Virus record (IMG/VR): IMGVR_UViG_3300009152_000030
Span: 96,001-160,000 of that record
DNA length: 64,000 bases
Reading direction: 5' to 3' (one strand)
Source of the DNA: a virus
Shown: positions 21,001 through 28,307 of the stretch, piece after piece
Layout of the letters: the number at the start of each line of letters is the position of its first letter
Position numbering within the stretch: the first letter of the stretch is position 1
Notes under the pieces: generated by a model
What the model was told of the DNA's origin: nothing
Database searches by the model: none
Seen by the model: the letters and a program-made list of their open reading frames with translations, nothing else
Program-made: the position numbers and the translations under genes

Positions 21001-23169
21001 AATAAAGCTTATGTTATAAAGCCCAATGCAGGTCCTCAGGATGATAATCTATATATCCCTAGCTACCAACCCTTACAAGGTTACTATTGGTATGACTGGT
21101 TTGGCACATGGACTGGTGCACTAACAAGAGATGGTACAGCACGTGTTGTTCAAGTTGAAGATGGGCAAGTAAAAGAATTCGAAGATAGAGCCAAGAAGGC
21201 TGGAATTCCTACTTATTCTGCATGGGCAGCAGCAGCAACAACTCTTCCATTGGCTTGGAAATTGGGTAAAGGTGCGGGCGCTATTACTAAAACAAAAATT
21301 GGTCTTATAATAGCAGGAGCCTTAGGCTTTGGAGTTATACTTAAAGCCGTGTTCCAGGCAATGGGAACAGCCGGATACTATACAGTTGACTGGTTGCTTG
21401 GGCCAGATCAAGAGGAAGTGGAAAAAACGCTTGAAGAAGCAAAGTCTTATGGTGGTACTATCTTAGAAAGACATGCCCTTGCAAAAAGTAACCAAGACGA
21501 ACATAAACAAAATAGTCCAATGTTAATTTCCGTTTATGATCCTGAAACATTAATTTATAATGTTTTCTACTCTACAATCTGGGATGTCTTTGAGGAGATG
21601 ACCTATCGCCACCCTAGTTATGTCAAGCATCCTAGAATTTATAAGAATAGCAATAGAATGACTATGTTCTTTGGTCTTCCTGATCAAAATATGTGGGAAT
21701 ACTGTGGAGATCCTCTAGATGTTTATCGTCAAAATAAAATCTTTAGAAAAATACTAAAGTCAGGCGGAAAGCTAGAAGAAGGTAGCCCTTTCTTGCAAGA
21801 AACAAGAAGAGATACAAGAAGTGACTACACTCTTCCTGACTATGGGAATGTGCCAAGTGTTAATTCTGAAGAAATTGCAAATTTTGTCAGAATAGCAAGA
21901 AGACGTTTTAGACCATTCAGAACTTGGCATAATCTCAACTCCTATACAGACATTATTAGCAATGATATAGAGGCTACAGCTGATGGCTGGTATACAGAAG
22001 TTGAAGTGCAATTTAATGACAGCACCATAAAGGGTGGTGCGGTTACAGAGATTAAAAATCCTAATGCATTCATTGACTGGAATGCTAACAATTCTGTTAC
22101 AAGAAAGGCAAATATAGATTTATCTCCTCAGTTTATAAGAAAGACTACATACCAATTTCCTAACTGCAAAAGTAAAGGAATGGCTTCAACCTATGCAAGA
22201 TCAATACTTGCGAAACAAGCAAAAGAAATGTACAAAGGCTCACTTACAATTATGGGTAATCCCCATATCAAACCTTATGATATTTGTATCTTAAACGATA
22301 CTTATAACAATATTTATGGGCCTATAGAAGTTGAGGAAGTGCATCATATCTTTAGTCCAGAAACTGGGTATATTACACAACTTTACCCTGACACACTTGT
22401 AGTTGAAGAAGATGTTACTCCTTATATTATTTTCAATGGACTACAGAGTGGTGTTTACACTAGAACTCAATACTATATGGAATTAGCCCTTGCAGCTTTC
22501 CCAACATGGGGTGAAAAGAATAATATGACAAGTGAGGGACAGTACTATCTCGATAGTTTAAACCAAGTAATAGAAAATTACAGACAAAAAGTTATTGGAA
22601 TGCAAGAAGAAATAAGTGCTGCTGCCGATTTTACTGAGTTTTTATCAACAGGGGCTGGCGCTCTTGGCGGAATTGGCGGTGGATTATTAGGGTTAAGTAC
22701 TAAAAGATTCGTATTTGGATTTGGTGGATTTGGCAGTGCCGCTAGCGCACTTCTAGGATCTGCAATTGCTGGAAGCCTAGCTTATTTCTATGCATCTTCA
22801 TCTTTAACTTCAATCATATATAACTATATTGCTGAAGGTCGGGCCTACATGATGATTCCTTTGACAAGAGAAGGTATCCCCATGGTGGCAGGAACAAACA
22901 TAGGCATGAGTACTGGTATGTATAAGTCCCCTGGTCAATATATCCGTCAGTACTGGATGGATGGTGGACTTGGGCAGTCTATGACAAGAGCGGATTCTAT
23001 AATGAAAACTGCAAATGCAAGATTAAGATACGGCGCAGCAATGGATAACACTTTACTTGAAGCTCAGTTCACAGCAGACGACCTAGGCTTCACCTATGAT
23101 AAGATGTTTGAAGATATTGGTGGTAAACTTGCAAATGATTACTTGTTCCCCAAGGTAAAGAAACAATAA
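15004..23169 (+). CDS. Giant baseplate hub / tail-tip protein with N-terminal M15 peptidase domain and Pro-rich linker
   Basis: N-terminal HHPRGRAID / VRWMGY / DTMHFDF; Pro-rich linker at ~15973-16165; C-terminal hub-like motifs (VCLGFSND..VFLGEITDI; YKGSLTIMGNPHIKPYDIC); followed by baseplate genes. Confidence 0.65.
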   Translation: MSEQRKSTYTFGTDRYVPDPCASKTYFRRDPAKRNPLTDAPAGWHNLVDVDPRLEAMIKAASKFLPPGWQVTNKGSVNEPGSKNIPRPFTGHTTRAKSQQRPATILRSTSGKAHHPRGRAIDTALIDDNGDALPNIRSANYFRVYELFAQIVVKCIKEGLVVKDNGDAYDWSDLLPGGAGHSRGPTNDQGDALDRSYQNGGLNAAGQQTGIPQGGTGVRWMGYLIDNDGTGTDITADTMHFDFGGGGGGGGTFATGASQEVITRLKRLAKNQNISIKNELGGENPITKGVPNWAAFKLPQSAEESAARFREALGLRPIEVAQVDPPTPPVEVPAVLPPPPAVAVLPAPPAVEPTPPPPPPAEVTPAPTPAPVPPPPEPAKPEIAPPAETEGELLLAVRKYKKQIEELKEMGWNLYTKDLTSFDLFYKENTLIIPTSTNPNIKFDRSGIGIDNVYTSSHLFCDFISATSFNVFKKLPIQGISMPTAQFLGRADNSFLVSFKSLGLDSVRQIEVIKDTLKKQAIQYKFIPESYVLRVENNFINAMGDLYFVINGLDSATLPETPGTYATEMRLTANDIYIKNPKIKRQSLVSSKDIKRTFIEELLSRTSVTYGIEVPGKENIISSIDSISNNYDPTSITATDPNEAVIDLLDSSLNKIQDELFLYWNTTRSVWYNDTLQGLGEGHKAFMRNICGIINLCNRLIIPNGYRYIDTDYRLKIPEGKEIIDLFHRKGNGFLHPTLRYDEPYLWLKDYSKKYESEFLPGGMGTVLGQQYILFQLLAPIGLDGIAPAYWDFKLEFEHTEYDLSELPLRIEAFSFADGEGQSSYADALNAWSKSGDVKTNPMAPFIRSHRSVLALARNTWFLWMWRTSLMQQNATGNSALGYAASFFEGTPRVFVELRDANKTKTDTALRENWHYVRYFAPNEIFQEEIPGPNFLRGLTVEAKEYGVNIFELVKPITSLETLMFPQDDIGGGFKDGDDVSTSNPYTIMKPGAKMLFKPWKGFDVKDMILDIALVWGGEFVVAKIGAGIVKVGSFIIGKGTAVVKAGGAVVANTKAGSTVMTTAGAVTAWWKTSGFVVACTQKLSAIRHWLLWNSAATDIRIAGLLVKDKVSAIGSRLGMAAATVPKTSIRARVAAQDALAAGGMSSKTIQFVPGKQTLITAASVAGEDIYDAYSKSLTQDQLNTELAKNRINNSVGGFGLNSANAQLNVESFYYDFHERTINGANPNYDQDSVVLTSITRWQGGASGDIIDADVGLDIERFFEAAGRDGDPVKKPLLLKNNKGYKNPRKVVDFVTEFEEIINNPGSNGWMKLTVPNKYFMDYIWNYLIIPYLNNVFDFENIYKISTETEFFPKTRELLIAQEQSLVEATYEDLDLPLHPYWNQRVSALGFDAVVDNFYQNQDMPDNQVIANFSRGNSFTEPDFYLYNPSIDGNDELLADRQIDNTKLSARWSAEDIYNFGINMSANLAAGDVERLQKTGSPLNADLRGGTPATRKNFKDTYKSFLDQNKLMEGVIGAWNNEIHDTQVAPKQDPNLDNADKVDKATGENLAYPKSKSPKAGWEELVLWLGPNQDLLAPMSMNFDKSDSENINLRMSTLANVTLQDFNRVKGEDYILRMQQYLREDYNEFLKSIKRPEVGETEEGISPDESIEPSPAGTAEKPRQKFGQPEETNQSVARPDFNLYNFFDDDCGGGDPSVLLQFSTERYANLTRLHDGLKSIGRKKLAARRAYPVCKIYLIEEDDIYNSEYVELDEIYTYSKIERLEIADSRKRPSSICRLTFVDPNGVLTGFNQFSKAANSILIGDDKITERRANVGTGLDFESSNALVRGTEFEQSDIGFVLNAGMKIKVCLGFSNDANKLEEVFLGEITDINLDGSGNKIEVVAQSYGAELIAKLKGTTPKETSVQHMDTFDLLARLMFEPEIIHFGKKKFDSIISFGEDKSIEVSNLAYKEGFAVGGMHNARRKGGFINYLYTFEDSLDMNWIDGTLDALENWKTNANKAYVIKPNAGPQDDNLYIPSYQPLQGYYWYDWFGTWTGALTRDGTARVVQVEDGQVKEFEDRAKKAGIPTYSAWAAAATTLPLAWKLGKGAGAITKTKIGLIIAGALGFGVILKAVFQAMGTAGYYTVDWLLGPDQEEVEKTLEEAKSYGGTILERHALAKSNQDEHKQNSPMLISVYDPETLIYNVFYSTIWDVFEEMTYRHPSYVKHPRIYKNSNRMTMFFGLPDQNMWEYCGDPLDVYRQNKIFRKILKSGGKLEEGSPFLQETRRDTRSDYTLPDYGNVPSVNSEEIANFVRIARRRFRPFRTWHNLNSYTDIISNDIEATADGWYTEVEVQFNDSTIKGGAVTEIKNPNAFIDWNANNSVTRKANIDLSPQFIRKTTYQFPNCKSKGMASTYARSILAKQAKEMYKGSLTIMGNPHIKPYDICILNDTYNNIYGPIEVEEVHHIFSPETGYITQLYPDTLVVEEDVTPYIIFNGLQSGVYTRTQYYMELALAAFPTWGEKNNMTSEGQYYLDSLNQVIENYRQKVIGMQEEISAAADFTEFLSTGAGALGGIGGGLLGLSTKRFVFGFGGFGSAASALLGSAIAGSLAYFYASSSLTSIIYNYIAEGRAYMMIPLTREGIPMVAGTNIGMSTGMYKSPGQYIRQYWMDGGLGQSMTRADSIMKTANARLRYGAAMDNTLLEAQFTADDLGFTYDKMFEDIGGKLANDYLFPKVKKQ

Positions 23170-23744
23170 TGCCCAAAGTACCAAAGACAAATATTGGCTA
23201 TAAAATAAACAAATCCTTTGACCAGCAGTCGGTAGGTAGTCCAGGGTTACATACTTCTGTGAGTGTTAAGGGTTATATTCAATCGGTTTTCTTTCCAGGG
23301 GATATTTTACCCTCAGGGACTCAACTTGTTGGTAATAGTGTTTATATTGACTTTAGAATTAGCCTAATACAAGGTAGAGATAAAGCTGGAAATAAAAGTA
23401 TTGTACATGGAGAAGTTCTGGACGTTGAGTGGAATAATATATTAGAAAGTAACTCTAGGAGTGAAAGTCCTAAAGTATTTAGATTAACTTCTACTCCTCA
23501 AGAATTGTTTACTAGCTTTGGTTCAAAGCAAACAATAGAAAGAATACAACCTGTTATTGAGTATACATTTAGTCCTACAAGTTTTTTATCTGGTGTTGCT
23601 ACTATAATTGGAGATTCTAGATTTGGCAATGGAGGAGAAATTTCTCCTGAGCAATGGTCATATACACATAATAAAAATAGATCTGGTAATGCTATTCAAA
23701 TATTCTCAGCAATGCTAAATAATATAAAAATCCCTGGGTTTTAA
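23169..23744 (+). CDS. Baseplate-region protein (possible spike OB-fold-like part)
   Basis: TAATG-coupled to the hub gene; lies between the hub and gp25-like genes; beta-rich. Confidence 0.35.
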   Translation: MPKVPKTNIGYKINKSFDQQSVGSPGLHTSVSVKGYIQSVFFPGDILPSGTQLVGNSVYIDFRISLIQGRDKAGNKSIVHGEVLDVEWNNILESNSRSESPKVFRLTSTPQELFTSFGSKQTIERIQPVIEYTFSPTSFLSGVATIIGDSRFGNGGEISPEQWSYTHNKNRSGNAIQIFSAMLNNIKIPGF

Positions 23745-23752
23745 GGAACAAA

Positions 23753-24070
23753 ATGGCTGAAACAAAAATTATCAAGCTCCCTGACGGAGAAGCTTTTATT
23801 GAAGTTGGATTAGATTATGTAAGAATAGGAGCAGGAACAGAAACTTTCCTTGTCCTAGATAAAAAATCTATGAACGCAGGAGCTGGCTCTATGAACTGGC
23901 AAATGAGCCCTGACCAGATGACATACTATGGCATGCTAACTCATGTTAATCCAATTGCTGGAATGTTTCCAATTGGTCCAAAGTATATGATTAGTCCAGG
24001 TCCACTGCTTGCTTTTGCTAATATGTTTGCTATGAATGCACTAATAGGCGGCGCTGTAGGTATGCTTTAA
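23753..24070 (+). CDS. Small baseplate/spike-like protein
   Basis: AGGA RBS; short beta-strand repeats (AFIEVGLDYVRIGAGTETFLVLD) and a hydrophobic C-terminus; synteny. Confidence 0.35.
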   Translation: MAETKIIKLPDGEAFIEVGLDYVRIGAGTETFLVLDKKSMNAGAGSMNWQMSPDQMTYYGMLTHVNPIAGMFPIGPKYMISPGPLLAFANMFAMNALIGGAVGML

Positions 24071-24543
24071 TGGCTTCAATTCAAGATCCATATGGAGTAA
24101 AAGATATAAAGATTTCACCTAACTGGGACTTTGCATTGACTAGCAGACCAGAGGGTTATTCGGATCTTGCTTTTACAGACGAGTCAAGTCTTGATACTTT
24201 TAAACAGGTAATTAGATTATGTTTAAATACAGCAGTGGGAACATATAAAACTAACTTACAGTTTGGTGCGTCTCCTAAAGGGAAAAAAAGTCTTGTGACT
24301 TCAAATGGAATGGCTCAGCTAAGATCTTATATATATCAGAATATGGTTAATAGTAATATTAATCCAAATAGGTACGCATTAAAAGTTGATGTAATTCCTG
24401 ATCCAGTTAATAAAGAAGCAGTTATTATTCATGTGCAATTGAATATTCCTTCAGTTAATGGTGGCACTATACCAGTTATGATCAACTCTGTATTCTATGA
24501 TGGCACGCAGGAACTTAAAACAATTACAGGTTTTGGAGAATAA
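24070..24543 (+). CDS. gp25/GPW-like baseplate wedge (sheath initiator) protein
   Basis: DLAF..TFKQVIRLCLNTAVGTY..LQFGAS pattern typical of the gp25-like family; immediately upstream of baseplate J. Confidence 0.65.
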   Translation: MASIQDPYGVKDIKISPNWDFALTSRPEGYSDLAFTDESSLDTFKQVIRLCLNTAVGTYKTNLQFGASPKGKKSLVTSNGMAQLRSYIYQNMVNSNINPNRYALKVDVIPDPVNKEAVIIHVQLNIPSVNGGTIPVMINSVFYDGTQELKTITGFGE

Positions 24544-24545
24544 TA

Positions 24546-25721
24546 ATGGGAATAAGATCTGAAAACGCTATAAGAAAAGAAATCATTAATGATTCAAAGC
24601 GTAGACTTGGTGCTACGTATTATGGAGCTGGCTCTATGTTAGATGGCCTTGCGACGGATATAAGCAAGCAAATTGCACAGCTAGAAGCCCAACAAGAACA
24701 AATCTTAAGAGATATACATTTCAATACAATTGCAGAAGACCAAATTTCAAAGTATGCAGAAGATTTTAATGTCAAGAGAAAGATCGGCAGAAAAGCTAAG
24801 TCTGAATCCACTGACTTTAATGTATTAGTTAGTTCAACAAATGGGTTATCCATTAATAGCAATTTAAGACTAAACAATATTGAAATAGTAGGATTAACAC
24901 TTACAAGTGGAAATAAGAAATATTTTATAACAGAAATTGAACCTAATGGATATTCTCAGCTAAGTGCGTATGTTGGTGTCCAGGCCTATGCTTTGGGTGC
25001 AGATTTCAATGTATCTAAAGGTGAGTTAAATAAATTTGAAAAATCTTATCAAGGGCTTACCGTTACAAACACAAGAGCAATCTTGAATGGAGAAGATCTA
25101 GAAACAATGGATTCTATAAGAAATAGAATCCTTGAGAAAATTGAATCAAATGCAAATACTGAATTTATTTTAAATAGCGCAATTTCAAGACTATCTGGAT
25201 TAGGTAAAACTACAATAATAAGAAACTATGATGGCCCTGGAGCTTTAATGGTTTGTGTCCAACCTTACTCTGGAGTTGTATATCCTGAGTCAACAATCCG
25301 AGAGCTACAAACAAAGTTAGAAATGGAAATAGGTGCTGGAAGAAAAGTTCTGGTTAAAAACTTTGATCCAGTTGGATTTGTTTTTAAAACAACAATTACA
25401 GCAAAAGCAGGATTTACAGCTACAAATCTTATTGATAGTGTAAAGATTGCAATTAGTGATTACTTCAACGGACTTAGTGGAGGCCAAAGTGTTTCACTTG
25501 GTGCTCTTGCTGCACGAGTATTAAATTCAGTTCCTGGTGTTAAAAGTTTAGGCTCCGGCTCAAACAGTTTTGACTCTGTTGTTTACACAACTTACGAAGG
25601 AAGTGCAAAGTTTAAATATATAGCAAGTCCAGGTGAAAGTATTTCTATTTTAGATACTCAAATTGCAACATTAGGTTCACCCGATGGTTCTCCCGCTGTA
25701 ATCATAGATGTAATCGAATAA
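24546..25721 (+). CDS. Baseplate J-like wedge protein
   Basis: VQAYALGADFNVSKGELN..TVTNTRAILNGEDLETMDSIRNRI and GPGALMVCV motifs; 391-aa length. Confidence 0.8.
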   Translation: MGIRSENAIRKEIINDSKRRLGATYYGAGSMLDGLATDISKQIAQLEAQQEQILRDIHFNTIAEDQISKYAEDFNVKRKIGRKAKSESTDFNVLVSSTNGLSINSNLRLNNIEIVGLTLTSGNKKYFITEIEPNGYSQLSAYVGVQAYALGADFNVSKGELNKFEKSYQGLTVTNTRAILNGEDLETMDSIRNRILEKIESNANTEFILNSAISRLSGLGKTTIIRNYDGPGALMVCVQPYSGVVYPESTIRELQTKLEMEIGAGRKVLVKNFDPVGFVFKTTITAKAGFTATNLIDSVKIAISDYFNGLSGGQSVSLGALAARVLNSVPGVKSLGSGSNSFDSVVYTTYEGSAKFKYIASPGESISILDTQIATLGSPDGSPAVIIDVIE

Positions 25722-25722
25722 C

Positions 25723-27405
25723 ATGAGTTTTTATAAAGAACTAAGAAAAAGACCTTACTATTCATTAAGTGCGCAAAAACTTGCCAATTCCTTTCCGGAT
25801 TGGTCTCTTGCAAGATCGGATAAGCATAGTAATTTCCAAACAATAATGTCTGACATGTCAGAGCAATTTGATATGTTTTCATTTTTAGTGCATAACAACT
25901 ATAATAATCAATTCTATCCAGAACAAGATGTTACCTTACCAACTTATTACTATAAGTACTCTGATGATGGAAGTGTTTTTTTTACAGTAGGCACGGGAAC
26001 TTTTAATCTACCACCAAGTACTGTTGTTGGAAAGATTGGAGCAACAACATATGAGCTAACCCCCTGCTCTTATGGTGATATTCTAGATTTAGGAAATCGC
26101 CAATACCTAAGCTTTGAAGAGTCTATTGATAGAGATGCAAGAGTCTCGGTCTTGGAAGCAAAAAATGCGTATGGCTCTAATCCTTATCTTGGTTTTTTTG
26201 ATAGTATCAAAAGTAAAAGCGAGTTCATTCTTTTTATTAAAGAGCCAATCTACTTAGGGTTTGCTTTAATACCAAAAGATGAGACTCTTGAAATTGTAAA
26301 AGAAGATTTCTTTGCTAAAAGAAAAAACTCAGCAGGAAAAAGTGCTTATATTTTTGGTAATGCTATTCTTGCAGAATATCAAACAACTGCTAATATATCA
26401 CTTATTAACCTATTACCAAAGTATGAACATTCATTTGAAGGAGTTATTGCTCCGGGAATTTATGTTATGAAATTTGACCTACTACTTGAAAGTCAATTAG
26501 ACAACTTCTATGTACAATTGGTAATAAATAATTCGTTTCCTTCTTCAAGAAAGAAAACATTATATACTAGAAACTATACAATTGAAAATGCAAACAAAAC
26601 ATCTTTTATGTCTATAAAAGATGATTCACTAGTTGTTGAAAGCATTGACTATGTTCAAGAAACTAGCGATTTTGTACTTGATAGTTATCTACTATTTGAT
26701 GATAACAATGAAACAGTATATCCTTCTTCTTTCTTAAAGAAAGAAGTAATCATGTATGCATTAGAGAATCCGAGTGACTCAGAAGAACCTAGCAAACTTC
26801 ATATGTATGATTTGTTTTTACATGGAGCTCATAGTGTATACAATGACAACACTACTTATGCAATGAATGTTGTCTGTGATAAGATCGACTACAAGCCTGG
26901 AGATGAAATATATCTTGAAACTAGACCAGTAGAATTTCTTTACGGAAACAAAGTAAGAACTTTTGTAATGCAAGTTGAAAATATTGAAAGTGGATTGAAA
27001 TATTATATTGGTGCCGATGGCTATAACTTCGCAGAGGAAGATCCTTGGGATCCAGGTCCAGTTAGAACTTTTGATTTAAAGAATCAAGAAGTAAGATGGA
27101 AGTATACTCTTCCCGTCGATCTAGTAGGAACTTTTGTCTTTACTGTTTTTGATGTAAATACAAGACTAACAATTGGTAAAAAAATTATTAATGTTGATTA
27201 CAAAGTGCCTTATAAGAGTTTTATTTTAGATGCGAATTACACTGGATACGAATTAGGTTTCAATCCAGACCAAGAACTTGAACTTACAAAAAGTATTAAT
27301 GAAATAAAATGTTTGTCCTTTATTAAGGATGGTTGGATTTATGATGCAACAAGTAATGCTATTTATACAAATACAGAGTTTGATGAACTTGTAACGGGGT
27401 ATTAA
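25723..27405 (+). CDS. Baseplate/tail structural protein
   Basis: Long ORF tightly packed in the baseplate operon; no family motif recognised. Confidence 0.4.
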   Translation: MSFYKELRKRPYYSLSAQKLANSFPDWSLARSDKHSNFQTIMSDMSEQFDMFSFLVHNNYNNQFYPEQDVTLPTYYYKYSDDGSVFFTVGTGTFNLPPSTVVGKIGATTYELTPCSYGDILDLGNRQYLSFEESIDRDARVSVLEAKNAYGSNPYLGFFDSIKSKSEFILFIKEPIYLGFALIPKDETLEIVKEDFFAKRKNSAGKSAYIFGNAILAEYQTTANISLINLLPKYEHSFEGVIAPGIYVMKFDLLLESQLDNFYVQLVINNSFPSSRKKTLYTRNYTIENANKTSFMSIKDDSLVVESIDYVQETSDFVLDSYLLFDDNNETVYPSSFLKKEVIMYALENPSDSEEPSKLHMYDLFLHGAHSVYNDNTTYAMNVVCDKIDYKPGDEIYLETRPVEFLYGNKVRTFVMQVENIESGLKYYIGADGYNFAEEDPWDPGPVRTFDLKNQEVRWKYTLPVDLVGTFVFTVFDVNTRLTIGKKIINVDYKVPYKSFILDANYTGYELGFNPDQELELTKSINEIKCLSFIKDGWIYDATSNAIYTNTEFDELVTGY

Positions 27406-28307
27406 TGTCTACTTTTCGGAAAATTGATTCGCCAAAGTCTAGCATAGACATAGATAATGCTGCTTTTAAGTTTGGACTTGTTAGAGGAGACAAAGAGTCC
27501 ATTAAGGATTTTAAAAGACGTGTTCTGTCTTTGTTCACACATAGCTCATCATTGACTGACCAAGGTATCTCTGCAACGCTTGCAAGGGCTTTTAACACTA
27601 GGCCATACCTTGCTGGCTATATCGACACCCAACCAAACGCAATGGTACCGCCAACACGGATTAATTTTGATGGATATACCCTAATGGTGGAGAGTGGCGC
27701 AGGAAGTAGAGTTTCTCCTGGTGGAATTCTCTATACAAAAATTGGTGCGGAAACATTAGTATCTGACTGTGTGACTCTTCTTGCAGAAGATAATGTTGCT
27801 ATATATAACATTATAGATCCAAGATTTAATAATAAAAAACTATTATCAATCTTGCCGTTTAAAAACTATGAAGATGATCTCTCGGCAGACGTAAGACCAG
27901 GAGTTAATAGATTACCTCATAGGAATATAGTTCCAGATTCTTTTATCTCCGATAGCATTATTATTAGAACTAGAAAATCAAGCCCAAGAGAAGTTGCGTC
28001 TTCTGGAGACTATTATTACGATGGAGTAGATAAATTAATTATTTATGATTCTAGTAGATTTGGAGATATTAAAGTATCATATTCAGTAGTGCATAGATAT
28101 ATACCAATTTACTATTGTCCAGTAAAAGTAGTAAGTGCATACAAAATATTACAAACCATGGCTTCAAATGTTGAAACTGCCTCTTCAGTCGTACCTGTCT
28201 CAGACAGTGATATAGATATTCTTTGGGATATCTTCATTACAAGTAAGGTCTGGAAAAGCAATCAAACAAGCCCCATATCTGCAAACGGAACATTCTATGG
28301 CTCTTAA
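27405..28307 (+). CDS. Baseplate wedge protein (gpI/gp7-like N-terminus)
   Basis: IDNAAFKFGLVRGDKESIKDFKRRV resembles the 'LD..g..fGl.R..gEsd..fR.Ri' wedge motif. Confidence 0.5.
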   Translation: MSTFRKIDSPKSSIDIDNAAFKFGLVRGDKESIKDFKRRVLSLFTHSSSLTDQGISATLARAFNTRPYLAGYIDTQPNAMVPPTRINFDGYTLMVESGAGSRVSPGGILYTKIGAETLVSDCVTLLAEDNVAIYNIIDPRFNNKKLLSILPFKNYEDDLSADVRPGVNRLPHRNIVPDSFISDSIIIRTRKSSPREVASSGDYYYDGVDKLIIYDSSRFGDIKVSYSVVHRYIPIYYCPVKVVSAYKILQTMASNVETASSVVPVSDSDIDILWDIFITSKVWKSNQTSPISANGTFYGS

